A stretch of 63,914 bases of DNA, counting the filler, from Phoronis australis (Eukaryota > Animalia > Phoronida), in the NCBI GenBank assembly GCA_002633005.1. It is 10 parts of 10 records of this genome, joined end to end, with 100 filler letters (N's around TTAATTAATTAA, not from the genome) between each part and the next. Parts side by side here need not be neighbours in the genome. Positions count along the whole stretch, not along the records: positions 46,729 to 53,679 come from NMRA01002088.1; positions 53,780 to 57,526 come from NMRA01002859.1; positions 57,627 to 60,546 come from NMRA01003324.1; positions 60,647 to 62,729 come from NMRA01003857.1; positions 62,830 to 63,914 come from NMRA01002073.1; 5 more parts are not named here. One strand, given 5' to 3'. Every line of letters starts with the position of its first letter. Within the stretch, counting starts at the first letter, position 1. The notes below the pieces were generated by a model. It ran no database searches. It saw only the letters and a program-made list of their open reading frames with translations, and was not told where the DNA came from. This document shows, one piece after another, positions 52,022 to 63,914 of this stretch. The translations under genes were made by a program, and so were the position numbers.

Positions 52022-52158
52022 TGTTGTATGCCTATTAGTTTCCGGCTTGCCCGTTAGGGGGGGCTGTGTGGACGACTTTCGCAAGGTAGCACGCTTGTAA
52101 GAGACCTCGTAATCAAATACAATTTTAAGCTATCGGACTTTATCTTTGTAACACAACA
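52022..52158 (+). repeat. 3' LTR (137 bp, TGTTGT...ACAACA)
   Basis: The last 81 bp match 46729-46809 with 2 mismatches; terminal inverted TGTTGT/ACAACA; preceded by the purine tract AAAGAGAGA. Confidence 0.92.
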
Positions 52159-54323
52159 GCGATGGCAAGGATAATTTTAGATAAAGTTACCCATTGACAT
52201 GGGTAAATATGATCGATGACTCGGCAATAGTCACAACAGCCACAGGGCGTCAAATCTATCTATGAGTCAAGTTAGAGGATCTGTGGGACTCAGTAAAAAG
52301 TCGCCATGATTTTAATGTGCCAGTTAAAGTTAATTTATGCAACACCAGTGCTTCAATGAAAACTTGATTTTATGCGCCAATGATGCGGGCACGGCTCTGA
52401 AATATGCCTGCATCAACATTTGAGTCCTAGGTTTTTGTTGGCACCAAGACGGTTTTGTCTCTTTCACAGACTCAGGACCACAAGACTTTTGTAGTGTAGT
52501 GTAGTGTAGTTTAGGCTACCAGTCTTCTACTAAGGACGCTGAAATGCGGAAGCGACGAAAGAGAATATGCCCGTGTGAAGTCTATAAATGTTTTCTAATC
52601 ATATTTGATAGCATCTCGTTGCCGAGTAATGACTACTGGAAAATCTTCGGCCAGCCGGCTCAATGATGCATTTAACTTTCCAAAAAGGACAGGGCCCTCA
52701 ATCCTTCGATTCTGGGGCCGAATATCGACTCCATTCCCCTCTAAAAAATACTATAAAATCACGCAAAATTCCCCCACGAGGTATAAAAAGTGATTGGAAA
52801 TTTCTCTCCGAAGTTCAAATCATTTGGAGTGAACCACACAGGTGACAATTTGACGGAAAGAGCACAAAATGCTATTTGAGACATAGCCTATGAGAGCTTA
52901 CAACAGGGCGGGGGTCTCATTGATGGTGACCGGGAGCTAGATTTTTCCCGTCACTCGGCTAAAAAAATCCACATGCTGAAGGCACAGGCATCTTTCCCCT
53001 CGCCGGGAGTGAACGAACGAGGCCCCTGAAGAAACATGATAAATATGCTGGCTCTGTCCAGTTAACTTAAATTGAGCTCTAAAACGAGGTTATGTTTTAA
53101 TTTTAAAATTCCACTTGGTACAGATTGATATTTGAATCCTACCACATGCAATAGACGTAAGAATTATTAAAACCAAGAAAGCAGAATTGATGGTCGAATA
53201 CTGAATTTTATTTTCAATTACGAGCCAGGTTTTTTATTTTAATGGTGCATTAGCGGGTGACAGAACGAGAATTGGTGGAAATCGTCAAATCTTGGTTTAG
53301 TATCCTTTTAAACAGCAGTGGTCTGTTTCATGAAAGTGACATAAGACTTACGTTAGAACTTTGGTCTTACACTGTGACTTCACAATTAGTTATAAAAGAT
53401 TTCTCCAAGTAATTACGAGTGCATCACACTCTAGAAATAATTGCTGAAATTATCTTAATAACTAGCAGTTATTTGTATATTCTTGGGAGACTTTTGCTCA
53501 AGTGAGATTTGATTAATAAAATTATTTTTCGCGTAAATATTTGAGTGGAATGTCAGACATAAGTCTTAAGTACAGTTTGCTGTTTCAGTTATCTCGTCCG
53601 TTTATCATCACTAACTTGATATCCAGAAGAAAGTGCTAGGCGCAGGCTACCCCCAGCCTTCCTGTTTATACCATCGAGGNNNNNNNNNNNNNNNNNNNNN
53701 NNNNNNNNNNNNNNNNNNNNNNNTTAATTAATTAANNNNNNNNNNNNNNNNNNNNNNNNNNNNNNNNNNNNNNNNNNNNCCCAACTGAGTATACGCCCAA
53801 GAGGGATATTCAAGGATAGTGTTCCCAAAATACAATGTACACCCAAGGCACACATTTGTGGAAAAATATGCATAGCTGGAGCCCAGAATTTCCCGTTTCA
53901 CAGGAAATGGGCACCAAGTATTGATATACACCAGGGCATATTTTCGACTGGCACTGGATTTGATTTTTGGCCCTAAACATGCCACATACCCGATGTAAGC
54001 CTCAGGCTGGTTTACAGAAAACTATGACACATCTTGTAAAGCAATTACGTCCCATGTTTGAGGTCAGAGGTCAGTTTTAAGAGGTTAACAGCTGATACTA
54101 GAACCAAACGAATCCGCAAAGCTACAGTGAGGTCAGAGGTCAGATCGAGAAAATAATCACTCACACAATAGTGTAGGAATATGTAAAGCAAAAACAACTG
54201 AGTTAAAACACAACAACCAATTTTTACGAAATAATTTTTGATACATTCGAACAGCGTACAAATTCTTTAAGTTAAGGTAACTTCAGTACGAACACAGAGC
54301 CAGTCCGTCAAATCAGAACTCAC

Positions 54324-57300
54324 CGACAGGGAATCTTCTCCCACCCGACTACTAGCGACACCTATAATGTTTGGAGAGTACAGTGTGTTGATCATTGACT
54401 GAGCCTGGCATGTGTCTATGAGAAACATGATCTCATGATATCTGAAGAAAGAAATTTACATTCAGTTAGTTGGCGTTGCAATGAGGTAAATCTTGGATGA
54501 ATAAGCAAATAATTGTCTTTGAATAAGTTAATATTACCTCTCTTGAAGACGTATTTTGCCAGTTTGACACATTTTACTAATTCTGAATGATATTTTGAAT
54601 CTTTAAATAGATTTTCATTATAAATTTAATTAACAATTAACAGGAATGTGTATTACTCCGAGTAAGTCGCATAAGACAAACATTTTGTGTCTGAGTTACT
54701 GAATAACTGTTATTTACTATCATTTCCTGTTTAATAATTCAAATCAAAGAAAAATTATGCAACAAGAATGGGACAGAAAATCTCCATGCTTGTCGTCCGT
54801 TGAACAGTTATGAGAACTCGAAAGCAAGGAAACACAGCTAAATCCGATCTGTTGATTTTTAATCACCGAACCACACTTGAAGAACTTAATCTATTTTCAT
54901 TACATGATATTAATTTCATATTTATTATTTTCATTTTTGTAGATTTCAACTAAAAAGATTCAAAATACCTTAAAAATAAAGTCACATATTCCAAATTGAC
55001 CAAAAGAAACCCAAAAAAGTAAATTTACCTTTAAACACATCCAAATTTGGCAACAGTAGCTATACATCACATTGACTTTAAAAGAGTGGAACAAATCAAC
55101 CCCTGTTAGCTTCAACTACATGCAGATCTCGTGGAAAACGATACAATTCGTTTGGACTTTCACCAGTAGTGCTTTAACCAACTGCTTTGATCAAATTGAT
55201 ATCAAAATATATTAAGAGTGCAGTACACTTCAGACCAGGCAAAAATCCATACAGGGGTGATAAACCCTATGTGACGGATTTACATCATATTATGCATTTT
55301 TGTTTACTTTCTTATTTAATGGTAATTACTAAAATGCACTTTAAAAAAATTCTATCGCGTTAGGTAGCTTAAAAGTCGGGTACCTCAGTTTTCACTGAAA
55401 ACCACTATCAAAACTTACCCCAATAATCACAGTTTTTGGGACATTGTAAGTAATTACAGAAGCTACTAGAAAATGAAATAGCTACTGTTTTGTATAAAGT
55501 CATCCATTGTCTTCGTAAAAATGAGTCTTAAGTATGAATGCAAAAGTCATCTCCATGAAATGACATAAACTTTTCTGCTTTTGGTCAAAGACACAGACTT
55601 AGTTTTATAGCATAAAATGGTGATATCAAGAATATCACTTTGATACTGATATCAATACTGATATTTGTCACCTATTCTTCTGCCACATTTGCTCAAAAGC
55701 ATCAGCCAGTTCAACATTGGAGATTTCCTCTGCATCTTGAAACTTGAGGAAACCATCGCCGCCGTGCCCTGAGAATAGAACGTTTTCTTTTAAATGTTTG
55801 AAACTTGCTTAACACGGCGTTATACATTATGTGGGACATAATCTGCAAGTCTGTACACTTTGCCAAATACCTACAAAACTCTAGAAATTAGCCCTGTAAA
55901 AGCATAATCTTAAACAAAAAGGTAGCAGCATTTCATTTTTACAAATTGAAGCATCAATCTGTCATTAATTAGGTCACGTGATCATGTGTTTTTGGTAAAG
56001 TTTAGCAATCACGGAAGGTGCATTCACAGCAAAACAACAGCATGGACAGCATGACCAAATGACATAAATACTCAAGATCGAATCTCAAAATGCTTTCACG
56101 TTTTTCTAAAACATCGCATCATTCTCCATGAATGCAAGTTTTGAGTTTTTTGATAAAAACATAGAAGTCCCATTTTTGATAACCCCTCAAACAAAAGTAA
56201 AGCATTTTAAAAACAGTTTCTAATTGTGTTTTGAAGAGAACAGTGCGTGACTATTGAAAGTTTCATTTTAAGTCTGGTCTGCACATCACCTATTGGCCAC
56301 ATCACATGACCTATTGAAAAGATTTCTGCCCCAAATCGGGACTCCAACCCAAGATCTGCTATCCGTGCAGAAGCTCAAGATTAAGATTTAAATGTATTTG
56401 CATTATGAGATACAGTGTTCCGATGTTAACCACTGTAAATTTTGGAATTTTACTACGCACTGTAAATGCAGACCAGGAGCTGTAAGACCAAAGTTTGTCT
56501 ACCTATTGTTTAAGCATAGGTGCCACACTAACACAAAAGTTATAGAACAAAGTAAAAATATAGATGTTTGAAACCAGAGGTCATCAGACAAAACTGGAAT
56601 TGCATTGCTGACACGAACAGCTCAGGTAAGCAACCAATAGACTGAAACAAAAAAGGAAAGGGAATACAATCTTCCTCATGACCCCATGGTTAGGATTATG
56701 TCAACAGCTGCTTTTTTATATTTACAAAGCTCTTTCTGATGTCCCAAGATTGCATTTTTTTCACCCGTGACCGAAAGAGCCACTTTGAGTAACGCCACCT
56801 CTGTCTGGATCCTGATGACATGCCTCACTCAGTAAACAAGTTGCAAAGTAATAGCCGAGGCAGACACCAGTGATACATACTAACTGCCACCCCACTGAGG
56901 GATTGAGCTGTGCATCTCAAGTGCTGACGCCAGCCAAGGTTGATCCCACCCAGGATGAATGCGAAAAAGTTGTTTTACTCACCTAAGGAGGAAGCAGGGA
57001 ACTATTTTTTCCTGTCCTGTGAGTACCTCAGACATTCAATTTGCGCCACCAACTTCAGATGTTGCTACCCAACATTTCCACAAATGGCCAAGCCATGACC
57101 TCTGTCTACCAATTCACCACTATACCCATAATGTACAAGATTATATTGCTTCCATCATCTGATAATAGTCATTTGGTTAAAAGCATACTGGGCGACGACC
57201 ACGTAAATATTATATTATATTATTGTTATATAGACAGAGATTAGACTAATCTACTTTTACTGCTTTCTTCACTACTATACCTGTCATATACACCAGTATG

Positions 57301-57392
57301 TTGCTGCGGTCATCTGACAACAGACGTTTGGCTCTTGGTGTACTGGGCGGCAAACGACCTGTCAACACTCGGATGAAGTTTTCTACTGTCAC
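54324..57392 (-). CDS. PIGK: GPI-anchor transamidase catalytic subunit (peptidase C13), three internal exons
   Basis: Exons 57392-57281 (VTVENFIRVLTGRLPPSTPRAKRLLSDDRSNILVYMT), 55768-55672 (GHGGDGFLKFQDAEEISNVELADAFEQMWQKNR) and 54441-54324 (YHEIMFLIDTCQAQSMINTLYSPNIIGVASSRVGEDSLS). Catalytic His (GHGG) and Cys (DTC) are present and phases match. Not in the ORF track. Confidence 0.95.
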
Positions 57393-58269
57393 CTGGAATG
57401 ATTCATCAACCATATTGCACGGCGTACTTAAAAGTAAAACTCAATGAAATTGATTTTTTGCCATTTTCATGAAAGATTAGAGCACAGTTCTATCTAAATT
57501 GTACCGATCTAAGCAATCATAAGATANNNNNNNNNNNNNNNNNNNNNNNNNNNNNNNNNNNNNNNNNNNNTTAATTAATTAANNNNNNNNNNNNNNNNNN
57601 NNNNNNNNNNNNNNNNNNNNNNNNNNCAGTTACAATTGATGATCGGTAGCTTGACAATGCTCAATCATTGTTTTTGGCTCATTCGAACTGCAGCATGGAT
57701 TGTCTTTGTACTTTGAAAGTAAATGGCTGCATGAGTCCATGTACATGGTTAGCATAAGTTGTTAATTATAGAGACTTTTTGTATGTTGAAAAATGACAAT
57801 GGCGATTATAGAAAACAAACGTTCAAACCACATTCTATTTCCAAGTTTTCTCATAACTGATAGACTGCTTATCAAAATCTGTTTTTTTTTGAAATCTTTA
57901 ATCAGAGTGTATTTGCATTTAATGCGGTTTAACGGATTTGACTTCTAGGAAATATGAAATTGAAATAGATTTCATAGAGTGTAAGTTCGATTAAGGTAGT
58001 GCTTATTGAGATTTGTTTTTGTTTGAAGCCCTTATCACTTTGGCATGGTGATACTTAAAGGGTTTTAACAGATAAGTTTCTTTCCAAAAGTTGTGTGAAT
58101 TCGAGGAACTGAAACAATTCAGATTTGTGTAATCTTGGCAATATGACTGAAAAAAATTCAGGTGCAAACAAGATGCCGACTCTTTATAATCAAATCAAAA
58201 CTTAACACTAAGCAGTGATTGGTCAGCATAACAAAACTATTTTGTTTTCTTTCTGTAACAATGCCATGC

Positions 58270-58277
58270 TATATAAA
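58270..58277 (+). promoter_or_regulatory. Candidate TATA box of the C-type lectin gene
   Basis: TATATAAA about 90 nt upstream of the ATG at 58362. Confidence 0.45.
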
Positions 58278-58361
58278 TGGCTTAGCATGGACAGATTATC
58301 ATAACCACTTCTTCTCACGTGGGGACAGCAGAGAGGTCTGAGTACACCGAGAGATACCAAA

Positions 58362-60020
58362 ATGTCACATCTGACATCAATGCTTATTGCCGCTGGTACG
58401 CTGAGTTTGCTGTGCAAGTCCGCAGTCTTAAACAAGAGGCAATTAGATGACGAGCTGATGTTGGAAACGTTTCAGAAAAAGGATACTTTTTTGGAGAAGA
58501 TTGTCAACCAGACGAATGATCTGACCAACGAGTTGGACAAAAAAATCTCAATGCAGGGCGAGAATCAGGAACGTGCTCCTCCTCATCATGACGAGAACTT
58601 GATGAAAAAGATAAACTGTCTGTCTCATGGATTCTTTTACAATGATTTCGGTTGCTACAAACTTGTATACAGTAAATTATCACATCACAAGGCTACAGCG
58701 TATTGTCATCGCTACCACAGTCACTTAGTTGAGTTGCAATCAGTAACGAAATACGAAGCCTTGATATCCTTAATGGAGGAGCACGGTGCACAGCACGGAT
58801 ACTACCATCTGGGTGCCGGAAAGGTCGGAGGCGTGTGGACCTGGACTGAATCAAGGGAACGCTTCACCTACACAAACTGGTTTGGTAAATTTGTTTTCAT
58901 TATTGGGGTCTTACTGATTTTTGCTGAATTATGGCAACTACAAAATGTACAACACAATTTCTTTGAAGAGTAATATTACAAAATGCATTACAACTTTTCA
59001 AAACTTGCACAATCACTCTAATTGTGGACGAGTGCACTCTGTATCATTTCATTCATCAATATATCCTTTTCATTTTGTATTACCATCATTAACAGTGAAT
59101 GGATTATGTATGCAGAGTCACCAAACCATTAGCTCGCAATCAATGATGTAAAAATACAGATTTTTTAAATCAAAAGAACATGTTCATCATTTCACCAAGT
59201 TTATACATAATTACATTCAATATTCATTTGAGTGTCCTAAACGATGCACTTTTCTGAGTGAGGCCCTCAAAGGTCACACCTATGGCAGTTTTTACAAACC
59301 ACACAAGAACAACTACAACAAATTTTAAAGCACAGATTTTCAAAGACTATAAGTATTTTCACTGAACTACAGAATACACTCCTTCGTTCAGAACAGTCAG
59401 CATGTCTATGTTCAATGTGTATCCGATGCCAACTTGTAAGTTAAAGCTGGATCTCCTTCAAGGTTATGTAGGACCCTAGAAAAATGTCCAATTTAGTCAA
59501 CTTGGAAACATTGTATAGCAGAAATGGCTGATCAGATTCACATCTGATCAGATTGACATGAAACTTCCAGATGCTATGGTATATATTACTGTTCTCCGAA
59601 ACGCTGGCAAAAATTGTTTTTAAAATGTTCCACTTTTGCGTGAGGGGCTATAAAGCTAGGACTTATAAATGATTTCCATGAAAATTTTTTAAAGTGTTGT
59701 ATAAAACAAAAACGAAACAAAAATTTGGAAAACTGTAAAAGCATTTTTGATATTTTATCTTGAACATTTACAGAACACGAAATTTGGTAAGTTATTGAGC
59801 CTTTTGTTTTGCTATGAATGTACCTTTCTTTTTTGCTTAACATTCCTAAAAATCAAGACCACATGTTGTAATTAAACCCTTCAAATGCCTCTTTATGGTT
59901 ACAGGTTACCATGACAAAGAATGTGCCCAGTTCTACTATAACCCATTCAATAGTATGCATAGGAAGTGGGATGACGATGACTGCAGCACATACAAGACCT
60001 ACTTTGTGTGCGAGATCTAA
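58362..60020 (+). CDS. Secreted C-type lectin domain protein, complete two-exon gene (about 212 aa)
   Basis: Exon 1 58362-58884 (signal peptide, helical neck, C..GF......CY, A..YC....SHLV, W.W......F.YTNW F G|gtaaat). Exon 2 59905-60020 (cag|GYHDKECAQF..KWDDDDCSTYKTYFVCEI*) supplies the remaining CTLD cysteines, and the phase-1 intron fits. Confidence 0.9.
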
Positions 60021-63000
60021 GTAGAGACAGTGGTTTTCAAGGACATGCACATACCTTGTTTCTTCAATTTAGAACACAACAGACGTTGCTTAGAGTGGTT
60101 TGGTTGACAGAGGGGCAGATGCCAAAAAACAAGACTCGAAAACAGTAAAAATGGCCACTAGGTTGTGCAAAATACCACAAATCAAAAGGAACACCTGAGG
60201 ATAGCGTCAGCTCACTAATAGATGCCTATCTGGCAAATTTTATGAAAACCCGTTGAAGACCTTTGAAAATACAGAGGTAATATTAAAAAACTAAAATTGC
60301 CACTAGGGGGCACACCGGTAGTCCAATCCATCCGTCGTTTGTAGTCAAGTTCATAAAAATACACTTGCCAAATTTAATAAAGATCTGGCAGAGGGTTTAG
60401 GAGATACAGCCATGGGCATAAAAAAACTGCCACTAGGAGGCCCCACAGTATCGAGGTCGTCGGGAAATCATCGTCAGCCCTCCTCTTTAAATAAAGAACG
60501 TACATGCCAATTTCCACAATCATCCTTAGAGTGGTTAGGATGACAGNNNNNNNNNNNNNNNNNNNNNNNNNNNNNNNNNNNNNNNNNNNNTTAATTAATT
60601 AANNNNNNNNNNNNNNNNNNNNNNNNNNNNNNNNNNNNNNNNNNNNGAAAAATTTCGAAGGAATTGCTCCTATAATGCACCCTATACCGTAGAAAACGTT
60701 TTTAGCCCAATTTGAAGGTGCGCAAGCGCAGTTGCCAATATTTCCGTCATCTTTAACAGGAAGTATACAATTCCCGGTACAAATGTAGCGCACGCTCGGT
60801 CCAATAATTGTCCCAATTTTCAGCTCTGTACGCAAAAATTTAAAGCCTTTAGCAGCATTTGAATCTTAAAATGAAAACAAAATGACCGCCATATCCGCCA
60901 TCTTGGATTTGATTATGACGAAAAACAATAGGCTTCTAGTACTTCCGGAACTACGTGTTGTATGTCAGCGCACGGCAGGCCAGGCGGTGTGGCTCAGCTA
61001 GGCGGTGGGCCAGAATTTGTAGGGCTTCTAGAAAATGGTTTTTGGGAGTACTTTAGGGGGGCAAATTTATTTTGGTGTTTTTTAATACATGTACTAGAGT
61101 GTTTTCAAAATCTAAAAAGATCCCACATATAAAGTTGCACATTTTTGAGAAATTTTGAGTTTGAAGTTGCATAATAACCTCCATAGAGCTTAAGAGAACT
61201 TATATTTGTAAAAACACCAGTTTTTGCTATCTTTTTTGTAAAACAAGTAATATGGTACCATCGATGTCATTGTATTGAACAATAATACACTCACATTACA
61301 TGTTTTACTTTTGTAGACTAATTGTAAACAGTAAAATTTAAAAAATGTAAAATGACACCTAGTGGTAGAAATGCAAACTAAGTCTGAATATTACCAGGAG
61401 GTTATTCTGGCATTGTCTGACAACAACCACAACAATTGAGACTGGGCAAAATTTGTGCCTCAATGACTGAACCATTGACTTATGCTGTAAAATATAGGTT
61501 GTTTGCATAATACACCAGAAATACGTTAATACAAAAACAATATAGTTGAATGGTCTCTGTGAATATGCACACAGACTTTAAGAAAATAATAGATTATTCT
61601 GACAGCGTTTCTCAGGCAGTATGAGACAAATACACGACAAGGATCAACGTATGTATTTTCTATGACTTAATGAACAAATACAATTCACTTTTTAATACAA
61701 AAAACGAAATAACGGGGTTGGAGGTCTATTTAGGGTTGACTTGTCAAAGAACTATTCAGTGTTATGCAGTCAGTGTTGCTGATGTTACTACAGTTGTCAC
61801 AGCTGAGTCCACCCAAATAATTCACATTTTCACAATTTGATGGCAGGCTACATCTTCCGGTGTTCATTTTATTTCACGTTAAGCTTCGCCATGTAATTGT
61901 AAAGTTCAGTCTTGATGTCCAAAAAATGCACCGAGAATTCTGGCAATAGTTTCACAAAAACTGCACAGGTAAGCAATTATATTAATAATGGCTGCCTGGT
62001 TATCGACCTGTTATTTTCATTCTTGTTCACCTTAGTCACATATTAAATGTTTGTAAATCAGTATTGAAGAAAGCGGGACTCTAGACAGAAATCTCGTGCA
62101 ATGTAGTTTGTGCACATCGAAACGTTACTTTTGTTTGATGCAATGTCCCACTGTAAGTGTGTGCTACTAAACATGAAATGTCTCGATATGCGATATGTAC
62201 AGACTATTCTGTATTCTCGACAATCCTGACCTGGTGTCGCCATTTTCAATTCATGTTCCTAATGCGGCAAATTACGTCAGCACTGCAGACAGGACGTCTT
62301 TATGCGATGTACTTGCCTGCGGGAATCTGCTGAGAGACCCTTTCTGGGATAGTTGAATGGAATTAATGCTCTGAAAATTTTGAAATTATAAAACCGGTAC
62401 ACAAAAGTCATTATGTGTGGGAACGCCTTCTGACTCGATTAACCCGAATATCCCACGCATGCTGCAGTATGAGTGTAAGTAATTGTCCCAGATAGCATGC
62501 TGTCGGTGGTCCAACGTCGGTCCGACGACTCACGTTACGTCGGGCCAACGTTGGCTCGGGGGCTCAAACGACCCTCTTTCCGTTTCATAGGGTGGGCAAA
62601 AATGTCAGCCATGTAGAAACAACAATATCGAAAAAAGTAGAAAACAAAAGTCCACTACATAACGCGAAGTTGTCGTGAGGACTCGATTGGGACCTCAGGG
62701 GTCTCACGCTCCACCGGCTAAATTGAAAANNNNNNNNNNNNNNNNNNNNNNNNNNNNNNNNNNNNNNNNNNNNTTAATTAATTAANNNNNNNNNNNNNNN
62801 NNNNNNNNNNNNNNNNNNNNNNNNNNNNNGATCAAAGTGTGTAAACTGGACGATTTAAGACGTATTTTAATACCGGAAACATTGAACGAGAGATGCGATG
62901 GAGACGATTGCCGGGATATCAGTACTTATCCACATAGCCTCGGATTTTGATGGGATAGTCTAAGTATTTTAATTTATTCGAAAATTTGCCAAAGCCATAC

Positions 63001-63869
63001 TGTATGTAGTAATGTACATGATGACGTCACATGGAAATAGACGAACATCGAATGAGTATGTTTCCTTCTCAACACAGATGAAATGTCACTAACCACTAAG
63101 GTTTTCTACGACCCTGAAGTGGTCGAAGATGCCCTATCATTGATTTTATGTTCTTTGAATTCAGCGAACACAATCGTTTTTACGGCTGCAAAACTTTTTG
63201 GGGTTGTCTTTGAGTGCGAGCGTTGACTTGTTAAAGTAATTAGGTTTGGTTCGAGCTTTAAAACAACAAAATGTGACGTGTATTCGGACAAATCGACGAT
63301 TCTTAACAAAGGCTGAAAGTTAAAATCAATTGAAATCAAGGTGGCGACCTTTTCAACTATTTCGTTGAAAAACCCAGTGAAAATGGACTACGCAGGCAGT
63401 GTATACTGACGATCAAACCCGGCGTAAAAAAATCAAGGGCTAATCCCGCAAGTGAAAAGACAAAGAGCCTATGCACACTGCGAGATGGATAAACATTTCC
63501 TTTTATTGACAACCCTATCAGTTTGCATTGCTCTCCCGTCTGCCACAAATAGTCGGATACACGTTCTTAATTTTGATTGACTTTTAAGTCAATCGAAATT
63601 TACACTTTAAAAAGCGTTAACTCAATTCTTTCAAACTGTTTAATCTTTACAGACTGTGATATTCCTCGACGAGTCTCAAAAAAATTCCAAAATGATTTAA
63701 TAAAAAGTAATTTTTCTAGAAGGGGGAATCTGCTTTGAAACAAGGCGATAATGAATAACCTATGTACTATTGGGGAGAGACAATTGCATATGTTCGAACA
63801 AAAAATCATTTTTGGAATTTAAGCATTACTTCAGATAGGCGTAAATGCTACAAAAGTGTGGTGTGTTCG

Positions 63870-63914
63870 GTGTATAAGTGTGGTGCGTATAAGTGTGGTG
63901 TGTATAAGTGTGGT
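63870..63914. repeat. 15-bp tandem repeat running off the window end
   Basis: (gtgyrtataagtgtg)-type units. Confidence 0.8.

Larger units (their letters stand above)
46729..52158 (+). mobile_element. Ty3/gypsy (Mag/K02A2.6-like) LTR retrotransposon, degenerate
   Basis: 5' LTR remnant 46729-46809, PBS at 46810, gag (RNVIFERAKFNAR, IRDRIVVGI, CYKCQRKGHFARKC knuckle in a shifted frame), protease remnant, RT 47720-48856 (IRLCVDLTQLNK, LPFGISSAPEHFQ, QMDD), integrase 48905-49458 and 51387-51863, PPT about 52013-52021, 3' LTR 52022-52158. Confidence 0.95.

Noticed and set aside
60647-63914. Coding content in the last two contigs
   Set aside because: Only short ORFs without recognisable motifs or consistent splice structure; the region looks like degenerate repeat and intergenic DNA.

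Overview
Eukaryotic (invertebrate animal, probably a lophotrochozoan-type bilaterian) genomic DNA. It is not one locus: ten contigs are joined by nine artificial 100-bp spacers (44 N + TTAATTAATTAA + 44 N), so adjacency across spacers carries no meaning. Spliced genes rebuilt by hand from GT-AG sites and phase continuity: (1) 12 exons of an IP3 receptor (ITPR, minus, 828-16744); (2) 12 exons of GABA-B receptor subunit 1 from its start codon to TM4 (minus, 18076-29164); (3) the last 4 exons of a myelin proteolipid/M6-family protein (minus, 33602-35731); (4) the N-terminal membrane region of a chitin synthase (minus, 37345-40486); (5) LRRIQ1-like LRR exons (plus); (6) three PIGK exons (minus); (7) a complete two-exon secreted C-type lectin (plus, 58362-60020). 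Mobile DNA includes a decayed Ty3/gypsy element with a 137-bp LTR whose integrase is split by an AT-TSD ISL2EU-like transposon, an internally deleted Kolobok-like element carrying a P2X7-ballast-like (KolX-type) pseudo-ORF, a LINE 3' end, SINE-like fragments and many MITEs and minisatellites. The most unusual signal is repeated local duplication of exon boundaries: two diverged 'shadow' copies of an ITPR exon start, a four-copy array of a GABBR1 exon end with its splice donor, and a duplicated M6 stop codon. I found no clear novel multi-gene system. All family assignments come from recalled motifs, not from searches.
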